A stretch of DNA of 64,000 bases, taken from the NCBI RefSeq assembly GCF_009914755.1, contig NC_060926.1. One strand, written 5' to 3'. Source of the stretch: the human T2T-CHM13v2.0 reference genome, Homo sapiens. Below are positions 1-13,120 of this stretch, one piece after another (position 1 is the stretch's first letter; each line of letters starts with the position of its first letter). The translations under genes and the position numbers were made by a program. The notes beneath the pieces were generated by a model. The model was not told where the DNA came from. It saw only the letters and a program-made list of their open reading frames with translations, and ran no database searches.

Positions 1-1207
1 ACAGAGAATTAACTGTTACAAAATGGCACATATTAAGTGAAGATACAGTGAGAAATAGAGAAGGAATATAAAAGCGGCTTTTCCATTTTTTTTCTCCATT
101 GAAAGACAATTCATATTTTGCTCAAAATTTGGAGAAAAAGAAGATGGGAAGTTTCAAAATTGCTAAAGCCGTGACTCACACAATCTATTGATTCTTAAAT
201 GAGAAGAGAAGAATTTTACTTCCCCGGAGCAGGAAGAATCCAAAAATATTTGAGAAGAATAGTAATCGCTAAAAGCTTAGAGCAAAGCTACAGAAAATAT
301 AGTCGAAGAAATTATATTGTTGAAAGTTGCCAACAAGAGATAGCATATGATTGTTTCAGTCACATACAATAATATCAAATAAAGAAAAAACACTATGTAG
401 CGTGTAAGGAGCCTTTTCAATTATACTTATTCTAAAAGGTATATATTAACTTTGGCATTTGACAAAAATTTATCAACTGTGGATCTAGTTGGGGACTGTT
501 TAAATATTCACTGAAGAAGGATGAGGAGAAATGTGGGTAAAGGAGCCGCTTGGGCAGGGCCAGCCAGTGGGGGCTGTGGCTGGGCTTGGTAGGGAGAACT
601 GGAATGATCTCATTGTGAGACTGAAGGAGACACTGGGAAACTAGAGTGGGATCTCAGATTGGGTGAGCTGTAAAATCCAATCCGGAGACCCGAGAAGTCT
701 GAACGGTTTGGCATTAAAGGAGGGTTCAAAAGCTCTCAAATCCGAAGTGGTCTTTGAAGCTGGAACTGGGTGGCAAGAGAGAGTTGCAGAGAGCAACAGT
801 CAGGAATAGGCAGGAGTGGCTTTGAGCAATTGCCTGAAATAGATTTTGTTTTCAAGCTGTTTTCTATGTACCAGCCACAGCCTGAAGCATGGCTTTTAGA
901 GCCAGGAGTAGGATGCATAAAGCCTCAGTAAATGTTACCAAATTGTCCTCCAGAATGATTTCACCAATCTATGTTCCCACCAACAGAGAATGCGTGTACT
1001 TCCTCACTACTTTCTTTGCCAGGATAAAAATTAAATCCTTTAATTCTTTTTCTTATTTTGCCAAATTGGTAAAGGAAAAAAAAAAAAGATATTTTGCATT
1101 TAATTTGCATTTTTAAATTACCAATAAACACATGTTTTATATATCTTTATTGGAATATATTTATTATATTTAAATATAAGTTGATTGTAAATTATAATTA
1201 AATATAA

Positions 1208-1399
<192 letters not shown>

Positions 1400-2229
1400 T
1401 AAATATAAATGTGTTTAATATAAATTATTTGATGTCTTCTGGATTTATTTATATTGCTGCTTTAATATTTTTATAATGATCTATATAAACACTAATATGT
1501 TAAGAGTATGACTACTCTCATGTTGAAATTTTCTTCATGATCCTCTATATGTATTTTCATTCTGATCTTTAATATATAAACATATGTACATATATATAAA
1601 GATTTATATATATAAATATATATGTAAGTATGACCTTTAATATATAAACAGTGTGATCAAATCTCTCAAGATTTTTTCCAGTAACTTTATATTTACAATA
1701 TTTTTTGTCCGAGCTGAAGTCATTTAAGAGCTCACATTTATTCTCTGATTGTTAAATGTTTTAATTTTACAATCAAGTATTTGAATTTCTGGGTTTTATT
1801 TTGGCATAAGGCAAGAATCTTTACTGGTCAAATAATGGATCTATTTTAGCTGGTTTAAGGTGAGAGGGATTTATTACATAGTTTAAGCTAATTCACTGAA
1901 TTACCAGGAGGGTAAGGGCACAAAACTTGGATGCCACACAGCCAAGAGCAAGAAATCTTCGATCACCCCATGTGAGTATTTTAGGGGAAACCCACTACTG
2001 CTGTATGCTAGGGACTGGAGAGAAGAACTCCCACTTTAGCAGCCCCAGAACAGTTAAATAACTCTACCAAGAGGCCCAGTTTCCTGGGGCACTCTTATCA
2101 CATCGTGGTGCCCATTTCTGCCTTCCAATGGGCAGAGAACGTGTAGTGAACTGGGATCTCTTAGATATGCATCTAGACATGTATCTCCTAAGCAAAACCC
2201 ATGCCTTAAAAGTATAACAAAGCTAACAC

Positions 2230-2457
2230 TATGCAATGCTTATTGCATGCCAAGCATTGCTCTAAGGGCTTTTACAGATATTAACTAATTTAAGTTTTAC
2301 AGTCTCCTCTGAAAGGGTATTGTTATTATCCCCATTTTGCATACAAGGAAGCCGAGACACAGAGTTAAGTGATTACCCAATATCACAAAGCTATTGGATG
2401 GCAGACCTAGAATTTTTACCCAGGCTGTCCAGCTCCTGAATCTGTGCTTTCAACCAT
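2230..2457 (-). mobile_element. MIR
   Basis: attatccccattttgc..gagacacagagttaagtga core. Many further MIR fragments are not listed singly (e.g. about 9610-10050, 43930-44380, 59540-59760). Confidence 0.8.
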
Positions 2458-2789
2458 TGTGTTGTACAGCTTGTGGTTTTAAGCTTCCCAGCTTCTATGG
2501 TACAAGAAGCCAAGTTGGAAAGAGGTGGGAGTGGGTGCTGAAATCAGTCTATTTGCAGTCCTGCACAGGCACTAATCTAATTTTTCCAAAGAGCTGCTCA
2601 GTTTCCTAGTGCCATTTATTGAATAATCCTACTTTCTTTATTGATTTATAATATACTAATGTTCTTATGCACTGAATATTTGTTGAATGAATGAATATTT
2701 TAGAGTGTACATTTGGACTATCTAATCTAGTCCATTGTCAATTCTGGCATTTTGTGGGCTATTTTCTGTTGTTATTTGAGATGCCCTCT

Positions 2790-3210
2790 CTGGATCTAAT
2801 CACTATGTCCACTCTTATCTGTCCCCTGTCTGCTAATGCCTAGGGACTGCATCCACGGACTCCTTTGCTCTCTGGCTTCTGGTTGGATTTGACCAGTGAA
2901 ATATATCACAGGAGACAGAGGAAGGAGGTAAGGTATGTTGGAGCATTTGTTGCCTTAGCTTCCTTCTGGCCATGGGTCAGTTTGTCCCTCTAGAAGGGCT
3001 CAGCACCTGCCAGGTGTCTGTCTTCCACTGTTCTTCCATTAGTGGATTTATAACTGCCCCTGTCTCCTCACCACCTTTCATGTCTAAGGTTGGCCTGGAG
3101 TATTGCATATAATTCCTTAGTCGTTTCTCTAAAATCTGCCTACACTTTTATAAACAGTTCCTTTATTCAACTCTCCTCAAGTCACCCGGTTTGTGTGTGC
3201 CATCTGTTCA
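2790..3210 (+). mobile_element. LTR33-like ERVL LTR fragment
   Basis: ctctggcttctggttggatttg...cctttattcaactctcctcaag...gtgtgccatctgtt. Confidence 0.65.
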
Positions 3211-3229
3211 AGTAAGTCAATAACAGTAC

Positions 3230-5100
3230 ATTGTTTTAATCATTGTCATTTTAAACATGTTTTAACATCTGGTAGGAAACATACTCAAGATTTCCACAAC
3301 CTCCAAACATGCTTTGCTATTTATTTATTCTTAGGTTAGAACTACATTGAAATCTAAAATATAATGCATTAAATTTTAAAAATTATAATATAATTAAACC
3401 TGAAATTAGTTAAAATGTTTTATTTTCCCAACTGAGGACATGAAATGCTTCCCATTTACTCATGTTTCCTTCACATTCTGCTGTGAAAGTTGACAATCTT
3501 CTTATACAGATCTGCATGTTTCCTGTTATTCCTGGGTCTTGTAGAGGTTCAACAGTGTTTCGTCTATTGTTATTTTATTTTTCTCTGCTATAATTTCTAT
3601 CTAGCCATATCTGGTACCTACATAAACAGTTCATTTTCATATTTTAAAAGTCCAGCCATGTTACTAACTTGTGTGTTCATTCAAACAGGTTACTGATTCT
3701 CTTGGATATCCTGGATAATCAACTCTCTTTGATGTCTTAGATAGGCAAACATGTCATCTTTTACCAATGATAATTTTACTTCTCCTCTGTAATCGCTGAA
3801 ACTTTTATGTCTCTTTCATGTATTACTGAATGGTCTAATTTCTTGAAAGGTTGTGATAATGGGCCTTTAGGACCTTGACTTGCACCTGATTTTAATTGGA
3901 ATGTCTCTAATTATTCAACATTAGTATGCAGTTGGTTCTTGATTTTAGATATTCTTTATAATGTTTAAGAAGTGTCTTTATAATTTCCAGTTCACTACAC
4001 GTTGCTGTTATATGTGTTTTCATTTCCCATTAATCTGGAATGGGTAATAATTTCATTAAATGACTTCTCATACTTTTTGAGATTATTAGAAATGTTCCTT
4101 CTCTAATACATGAAGATTTATTAAAATAATACAACTAATTTTATAACAGCCCTTTATTTCAGGAATAAAACCGACATAGTCGTAGTATACCAATCTTTAA
4201 ATACAGTTCTGGATCTTAATTTCTTGGCATTTCATAAAGTTTTTCCCATTTATTTTCAAAACTACAGATGAGATCTTTGTTCCTTCTGTGCTATCGTTGT
4301 CACATTTTGGTGAAATAAATTTGTGAAATTTCTGTCTTTTCTCTGCTTTGAAACAACTTCAATAACATGAGAATTATTCCATAACACCATAAAATATTTA
4401 ACATTGCCTGTTCCTGGAGTCATTCCATATTATAGGTTTTCTACTATGTTTTAAATTACGTGTTTTATTCAGGTTTTTCATTCTTCTTGAAACATGTTTG
4501 ATTGTTTATGTTTTCATTAAAAAATTAATTTTGAGATAGTGAAATGTATTAATATAGAGCTTCCATGACTTATTCTCAATTCAAAAAAACTAAAAACTGT
4601 ATTTTGAATTTGTCAGTGCTACTCTTTTTTGCGTAAATGCATTAGCTTATAATCCCTGTTTGCCCTTTCTTCCTACAATTTGATTTTATTGTTATTCCTA
4701 CACATTAAAATTTCATAACGTTCATCCTTAATTAACTTAATTCATTTTGATGCTTTCAATAATGAAATTATTCATTATTATTCATTTCCCTGTGTGTATA
4801 GCTTTGGTCCCATTCTCTACCTTCTCTTACAGTTTCTTTATTTTTACTAGGTTTCTAATAAACATATTGCGGCTTTAATTTCCACTTAAACATAGAAATT
4901 GTTTAGATAGTGCTTTTAAATAATTTCTAATTAGTATATCTTTGCTTTCATTATTAAAAGTGTTTTTCAACTATTGTTATTAATATCTAGTGTTACACTA
5001 TCGGTATAAGAGATAATAACCTATATGATTTCTTCTTTGTAAAGTTTAATAAGGATTTATTTATGACTTGCTAACACACCCTAAATTATTTTAACTGTTA
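3230..5100 (-). mobile_element. Old L1M fragment
   Basis: T-rich degenerate antisense L1 ORF2-like text. Confidence 0.6.
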
Positions 5101-6359
5101 TTACCTACAAATATTAAAGGCAGGCCTTAACATCTTGTCATCTTGTGGGGGAGAGGGGTGCGGATTAAGACACATATCATTTTCAAGCCTATTTGTTCTC
5201 TATATGTGGAAGGGAGGCAAATACTCAATCCAAGAGTGATTCTTTTATAATGCTAATCCCATCCTTCTCCATCCCTCATACCCACTCTATAAGCACCCAT
5301 GTGCTGTGGCTGACTAGAGATGAGTGGTGAAATTTTACCTTATCAGGCAATGACAGATGACTTTGTTTACAAACTTTGTCTCTTGTCCTCCCCATTCCTA
5401 GGAGATTTAGTAGGATAGGTTTTCTCCTGCCATTCTCTCCAGGTGGGTACACTAGGTGCTCTTTAGATGTCAATTAGATCAAATTGAATAATGGATGAGA
5501 AAATGTCAGTCATGTTAACAGTTCAGTACTGCACTAATATGGAAAGGCATTATTTAAAACTGAATTTGGTAACAATAGTATCTAACTTTGTAAAAATTCT
5601 AATATATTTTTCCAAATGCTTGGTAAGCCTTTTAATAAGAACAATTATTGCTTCTTACAATTGCATATATTTGGGGGGGGTTCCAAAGTACTTGTTAATC
5701 TATTATTTCATGCAGCCATTTTAAATTATGGTGGTCTGTAAGGATTTGCGTCACTTGACAAATGAATATTAAGCATCAGATAGATAAAATATTAAGAAGC
5801 AAGTAAATTCTGTGCTTAATATCACAAAGATAACAGAAACAGTAAAAGAAGATGAGCTCAATAATAATTTCAATAATTCAAATAATTTCAATAATGAAAT
5901 TATTCACTATTATTCATTTCCCTGTTCGTATAGCTTTGGTCCCGTTCTCTACCTTCTCTTACAGTTTTCAGCTTTTGTAATCATCCATTTGAAAGAGCCC
6001 AGGTCCCACCCACATCCCCAGGACAGTCTGAGCTGGTTGGATTACGCATTCCATGCCCAGTGTAGCCCTAGTTGTTCCACATTTTACTTTCTACAGGTCT
6101 CCCATATTTCACTGTATGTAATGTTGCTTCCTATCTCCTCAGCTGGAATATGAGCTTCATTGATGATGTCTGTTCTCCCTAGGTATCTCGACTAGGGTTT
6201 CCTGAGAGAAGGAGCCCTGGGGATGGGTAGAATGATTCACAGAGACAGACATGGCAAGGAATGAGTGTGTTGATGGGCAGCCCGGTCACCTAGGTATAGA
6301 CCCTTTGAAACCTTGCACAACCATTCCTTAGACAATGTAGGCCAAGGGTATATGGAGGG

Positions 6360-6855
6360 CATTTCAATCTTTTCTGTCCAAAAAGCAACCCCCAAATTAG
6401 TGGCATCTAAACAGAAGCCTTTATTTTTCACTTGTGAGTCAGATGTGAGTGGCCCTGCTGATCCAGCTAGGTTTGCTTCTCATCACCGGTCAGCTGGGGT
6501 GATAGCAATTCGGCTTGCCTAGACAGCTGGTCTTCAAGCTGTGGGTCCAGCCGGTGTAGATCTTCAGATCTGCTCTAAGTGTCTAATTCTTGGGTGCAGG
6601 ATGAAGTGATTTAGCTACTTGGTGGAGAGCAGAGGAAGATCTCATGGCAGTGATGGAGGGGCAGGAAGGCCAGGCCCATTGCACATGCATATTTACGTCA
6701 TATCTACCAACAGCCCATTTGTGAAAACAAATCACATGGCCAAGCCTATAGTCAGAGGGAAATACACTGTCTTTTTTAGAGCAAACTACAGATTTACACA
6801 GCAAAAGGCATGGATACAGGAAAGAGTGAAGGGTTCAATAATTCACTCTACCAAC
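6360..6855 (-). mobile_element. Old MLT1 (J/K/L-like) LTR
   Basis: cccaaattagtggc...cacatggccaagcc...aataattcactctacca. Confidence 0.6.
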
Positions 6856-8720
6856 AGAAGGATTTCAAGGCTCAGACCAAAAAACAGATGCCAAGGACAT
6901 GTACATCACACAGATATATAACATGTAAAATAATAAACTTAACTATAATGAAATGAAGCAAAGGGAAAACTTGCGAAGAGGTGCCTGAGGAGGTGAGGAG
7001 AATAGGTCATTATTCTTTATGTAAAAAGTGTCTGAGCTGAATTTGAATTGAATGAGGACATTCTAACCTCATATGCTATGTTCTAGCAATCTTGAAATAC
7101 TTGCAACGTTGCTGATGCATGGTGCTCTCTGACTCTTTATGCCTTCAAACACACTGCTATCTCTTAAAGTATTCTGTCATCATTCAATCCCTATGTATCC
7201 AGTTAATTGGCTAATTAACTTTATCTTCCAGATGGCCTCCTACAGGAAGTCCTCCCTAGCTTTTTAAATCACTCTAGGTACCCCCATTCTCTATACACCT
7301 CTAGCATCCTGTAAATATCCTAGGACCCTATTCGCTAATTATCTGTGTACATAATCAAGACCGTGGTTTTATTAATGGCAGGGATCAGGTCTTAATTTTC
7401 TCTCTATTCCTAGGGCTTACAGCAGTAGTGCACAGTAGACAAACAATTATTGGCTGAATAAGTAAATATCTGAAAGGCTTTCAGCATGAACTTATGGAAT
7501 CAAAAGAGGCTAAAGGAAAATGTAGAAGGAGAAGTTTACAAGTTATTTTTTGGTACAGGTTTTTTAAGTCTGTTTCTATTACTGAATAAAAATATTCTGA
7601 CTGAATACAAAGTTGGAACTGTTTTATATTAAACAACAGGGCTCTAGTTCTAGTCTGGTGTAAACTAACTGACTGATTACTGGCATGTTTGGGAGTTAAT
7701 TCATTGTTCTGGGTCCTACTTTTTTCATGTATTTTATGAGAGGGCTGTACCAGATCATCTCTAAATTCTAAAACTCCGTCTCTTAACATTTTTATTTCTA
7801 AACTTATTTACTTTGTTTATAGTTGAAGAGACTACAGCATGGGGCAAGTAGCTATAGAAGTAGCTGAGGAGGGTTTACAAGAGAAAATACAAGTTTGAAT
7901 TAAAATGACTACATTCAAAGTGAGAAAAATATCTAATACTCTTGCATAGAATGAGAACAAACTTGGATTGCCTATTGGACTACTACTAAACTACTCAATC
8001 AACTGCAATATATTATAATTTTCCTAATTAGATAAGAAATTATTTACCTTAGTAGTCTTTTTTTGTGATTTTTACCTCTTCTAATATCTATTTTAATCCA
8101 AATGCCCACTGTATGCAGTTGCATATTAACTAAGATGTATAGAGAAATATATTATCTGATGAATGTAAACCCAGGTACACAGAAGGTCACTGAGGGAAAG
8201 GCACAACCAACCATGAGAAGAGAGAATGATTAATGCCATTGAGGAAGAGTGAACGAGGCACTGTGGTCTCAGAAGCGTGCTTATGTTGTTCAAGGAACCA
8301 GAGAAGGTTTTCTTGAGCTGAAACTTCAAAGGGAGTAGGAACTGGAAGGTGAATGTCTGAGCTACCTGTTGTTCATATCTAACTACCCTCCCAGTTATAA
8401 AATGTCACAGCTGCCTAAAATGGGTTATTGGACTATGTGGGAAATCACTAATATAGCAATCTCGATAGACTTGCAAAGCTTTCTCCCTTAAACCATATTT
8501 CAATGAAAACTAGGAGCTGATGAGATATTCTACTTGGGAATAGGCTCATCCCATCTGGTTCTGAATCCATTGAAAAACATATACAGTACAGGATTCAGGA
8601 TGAAGATATCAGCTTGATCTCAGGTAAAAATGGACTAGAGAAGTTGGTTAGGCCTAGAAGCCAAGATGGGTTTTGTAGTGTATCCCCTCTGCCAACTCCT
8701 TCCCCACTCCACCCTTACAG

Positions 8721-8911
8721 TTGATTTTACTTGCTTAGTCACATACAGAGTTTCAGGAGAATCTAGGGCACCCCATCCCATGGCAGAGCTTTTCCTGGTC
8801 ATTTATCACATGGAAGAGAAGTTGGAGACACACATACCCCGCAAGCAAGAGAGAGTGGAGGAGAAGGGGCCATGCATCTGTAAGGCACTGTCCCCAAATT
8901 CTGTTAATCAG
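8721..8911 (+). other. Candidate exon of a spliced transcript (ATG at 8780)
   Basis: Pyrimidine tract cttccccactccacccttacag| and donor CAG|gtaggt; phase-0 end after ...SPNSVNQ. Confidence 0.5.
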
Positions 8912-10759
8912 GTAGGTCTCTTCTCCTCTCAGGCAGAGAGAGTCAGTTGGAGAAAATGGTAGGTATTGTCTCCTCTAGGATTCCAAAAATGGTGGATGCT
9001 TTCACATGAGCCAGGTGGGCATACGGGAGAGAAAGAGCATGAAAATGATTTCCTATCATCCATCTCCTCACTCCCATCCAAAGTAAGGACTGCCTTAGCA
9101 ATTTCTGGATGGTCCCCCACAAAGGCATAGATTTCATAAAAGAGACTTTCAGAATGTAATGAGTTGAGTTGGGGAGCTGGTGATGTTGGGAAAAGAGAGC
9201 ACAAAATCCTTTGTGAAGGCCCCTCACAAAAATTTTCCCAGTTGGGCATAACATCCTCTGTAATCCTAGCCCTAACCTATACCTGCCTACCTACCAAGTA
9301 TCTAGGAGATGTTTCAAAATTTCAAAGGTAAAGACCAAACATGAAGGAACATTAAAAAATTACAAAATATTTATTCTGTGACAAAGTAATAAATGCACAT
9401 TTCCATGAAGATTAAATCTAGAACCAAAGTAAACTATCAGCACAACCTCATGAGGAGTTCTAACTTTCTCATATTGGCTAATCCCTTTTAATCAACCTAC
9501 TGGAGTGACATGCCAAAGGGACTTAAGCTAAGGCCTAGGTTTCCTGTGTCTGGGTTTTGTATGTGTTATGCCCTTTTGACCCTATTTTTTTGGAGTAAAG
9601 TATATTCACTGGAAGGGTAGTGACATAGAAAGATCACAAAAGCGTTGTCAGGAATCCTGGGTTGTAATCTCACTTGTGTAATTTAATACCTGTGTGACCT
9701 TGGGCAAGACATTCAATTTCCATTTGCATTTAAGTGCTATCATCTGTAAAATGAGGTACTTGAAAATGTCAAAAATTCCTTTCTAATTTTAATTTTATGT
9801 ATTACATTTAAGTCTATGAAAAGTCAATAAAATATAAAAATTTCATCATTTGTTATGTGTAGTGAGCTCTGTTAAGATACTTACATAATGTCATTTAATC
9901 TTCCCAACAATGCTATGCGGTAAGAATAATTATCCCCATTTTACAGATGAGTAAACTTGAGCTCTGAAGCATTAAGTGATTTGCTCAGGGTAAGAGGGAA
10001 GGCTGGGATGAAAACCTATGGCTTATTCCAAAGCTCACTTCATTTACCATGTACTCCTCTAAAAATAGTATTTGCAAACTGTCAACTTTTCAAAACCTTT
10101 CCCTGTACCTGAGTTCCTGAGGTTCCCGTGACCATCTGTTTTTAGCCCCATTTTTCAGATGAGCAAACTGTGGTTTCCAGAAGCTGAGTTGCCCAAAGTC
10201 AGAAACATCATTCGAATCAGAGCTGAAACTTCTCCCAGATGGCCCTAGGGCTGAGCGCTGGAAGGCTGCTTATTTTCTCTGAGGCAGACCACACTTGGCC
10301 ACTTCTCCCAGAGCCAGTTGTTCTTCAAAGAAACCCCAATCACTGGGGCAGGCACCCGGCAGCTACTCTGACTCAGGCAGACAATTCCATTCATTTCCTG
10401 GGTTGGAGCATTCTGAAATAACTCTTTTTCTTCAACACAGTCCTATCTTCATGAGGCAGTATTTGTTGCCTCTTTGATTAAATCCATTAGCTATTCAGCC
10501 ACAGCTGCCCTTCGAAAAGCAGCACGCCTCTAAAAGCCGCACATTCAGCAGCTAAATGATTCTGAGCCAAACCAGGGAGATCTAACCCATCCAGCCAACA
10601 GTGAGGAATGTGAGCAAAACACACAACATCAGAGTTGGAACGGGACTTTGAAATCGTGAAAAGTACAAATCCCTCATTTTACAGATGGGGAACCTGAACC
10701 CAGAATCAAGAAGAGACAGCTCAAATCCAGGAAATGATGGAGCCAGGGTCAGAAATTAG

Positions 10760-11158
<399 letters not shown>

Positions 11159-11214
11159 TGAGAGCAATCTAGGACTCAGGCTGACAGAGCAGCTCTCTCT
11201 GCAACATCGCTGGT

Positions 11215-11674
11215 CATTATGGGTTGAATTGTGTCTCCCTAAAAAGATGATAAAGTACTGTCCCTCAGTACCTGTGAATGTGATCTTATTTGGAAATAGA
11301 ATATTTAGTTGATCAGGTGAAGATGAGGTCATTAGGGTGAACCTCTAACTGAATTTGACCATTGCCCTAATAAGAAGGAGAAATTCAGACATAAAGACAG
11401 ATATGGGCACAGGGAGGACATCTTGTGAAGATGAAGGCAGAGATTAGGATGATGCTTCTGCAAGCCAGGAAATGCCAAAGATTGTCAGCAAACCACCAGA
11501 AGTTATGGAAGAATCATGGAACATTCTCTCTCACAGCCTTAAGAAAAAAGAAAAAAACCTGCAAACACCTTGAATTTTGATTTGTAGCCCCCAGAAGTAT
11601 GAAACAATAAATTTCTCTTGTTTAAGCCACCCAGTGTGTGGTGCTTTGTTAGGCAACCCCAACAAACTGATACA
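11215..11674 (+). mobile_element. MLT1C-like MaLR LTR
   Basis: tatgggttgaattgtgtc...aataaatttctcttgtttaagccacccag...aaactgataca. Confidence 0.88.
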
Positions 11675-11689
11675 CTGGCTTTGTTGCAG

Positions 11690-12215
11690 AGAGATGCAAG
11701 AGAGAAAGAGATGTTGCAGCAGCTGCAAAACAGAGATACAAAGCAGGTGCTGCCTTCCAAAGCTTCTGCTCATACTCCACTGGACAAAGCACATCACACA
11801 GCTAAGCCTGATGGCAGTGGTGGTGAAAAGGATTTTCTTCACACAAGGACTACCCCCCCGCCCCTGCTCCAGGGAAGAGCAGGGAATATTTTTAACAATA
11901 AAACAGTCTACCGTAGCAACACTATCATCACTATAGGCAGATGGGTATTGAGGGCCATTGAACTCAGGCCCAAAGACAACAACTGAGTGGTACAAGCTGA
12001 ATAATTTGTGGAGCCAGTATATTATCCCTGCTTTTCTGCCCCAAATCCAAGGCTATTCCTACTGCATCCCCAAGGAATTCTAAAGGTAGCCAGTTTGCCA
12101 ATACTGATCCCTGTCCTGGAAGTGCTAATGCAACTCCCCTTCACAATATCAGCCACTTGGTTAAGAATCATAAAATTAGCTTCAAAAATAAATAAATAAT
12201 TAAACTTGTATAATA
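11690..12215 (+). other. Candidate terminal exon; with 8780-8911 gives a 142-aa ORF (stop 11984-11986)
   Basis: Branch-like ACTGAT at 11666, acceptor ttgttgcag|, in-frame RDAREKEML...RPKDNN*, overlapping AATAAA hexamers at about 12187-12200. Confidence 0.45.
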
Positions 12216-12564
12216 ATCAAAGGTCAGTCTTTATGCTCTTTCTTAGCATAAAGCCTCTCATTAGAATACTGCCTGAGCTTTTTTCCTGGGTAAACACATG
12301 TGTGAAATCAGGGCATTGGTTTGATTGTTGTGGTATTATACAGCTTTGTATAGATTTGCCTCGGAAAATGAACCTTTGAGGGTATTAATTGTGAGCCTCT
12401 TAACCAGCTCAGCCCAGCCTTCTGCTCACAATGTTTTGAGAGGCAGTAGCTAATTAGGCCAGTTAGGTCAGGTCAAGCCTACTATAGTGCATCTGGCTGG
12501 GCCTGCATCATAAATTAGGCCAGCTCCACATCTGGGAGGGCAGAGCTGGAAGGCTCCTTGCCCT

Positions 12565-12677
12565 TAGGCTAGCCAAATGTCCCAGTATGCCCAGGACTGA
12601 GGGGTTTCCCAGAACATGAGACTTTCAGAGCTAAAACTGGAATCACTCCCAGGAAACCAGGATGGTTGGTCACCCCA
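12565..12677. mobile_element. MER81 (hAT-Blackjack) copy 1
   Basis: tagg..ccaa..gggactgaggggtttccc..gactttcag.gctaaaac..ggttggtcacccca. Confidence 0.8.
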
Positions 12678-12776
12678 GGCCTCCGTCCTCTTCAGTAAAT
12701 CCAAGTCCAGAATTTTCAGATAGGAAACTCGAGACCAGAGAGGGAAGAGAACATCCACATCACATAACCTTAATGT

Positions 12777-12886
12777 TAGGGGGACCAATCATTCTGGTTT
12801 TCCCTGTGAGGGGGCTGCCACGCAGTGGGACTTTCAATTTTAGAGCTGGAACAGTCCTGGGGAAACTGGGAGGAGTGGTCATCTCA
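12777..12886. mobile_element. MER81 copy 2, same orientation
   Basis: tagggggaccaatc..gggactttcaattttagagctggaacagtcc..ggtcatctca. Confidence 0.7.
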
Positions 12887-13120
12887 TCCAATAATGTCTT
12901 ATTTTACAAATAGAGAAACTGAGACCCAGAGAAAAGTGAGTTGTCCAAGGTCACATTGGAAATAAATGGCAAACTGGGAGCAGAAGGAGGTTTCTTAACT
13001 CCCACTCCAGTGCTATTTCTGCAGTATAATACAGATTTCTATCTATCAGTAAGTGCCTATTTATTCACATTATTCAAGCAGCTTTCAAATTTATTTTGAA
13101 CACTTTGTAAAGACTAGAAA

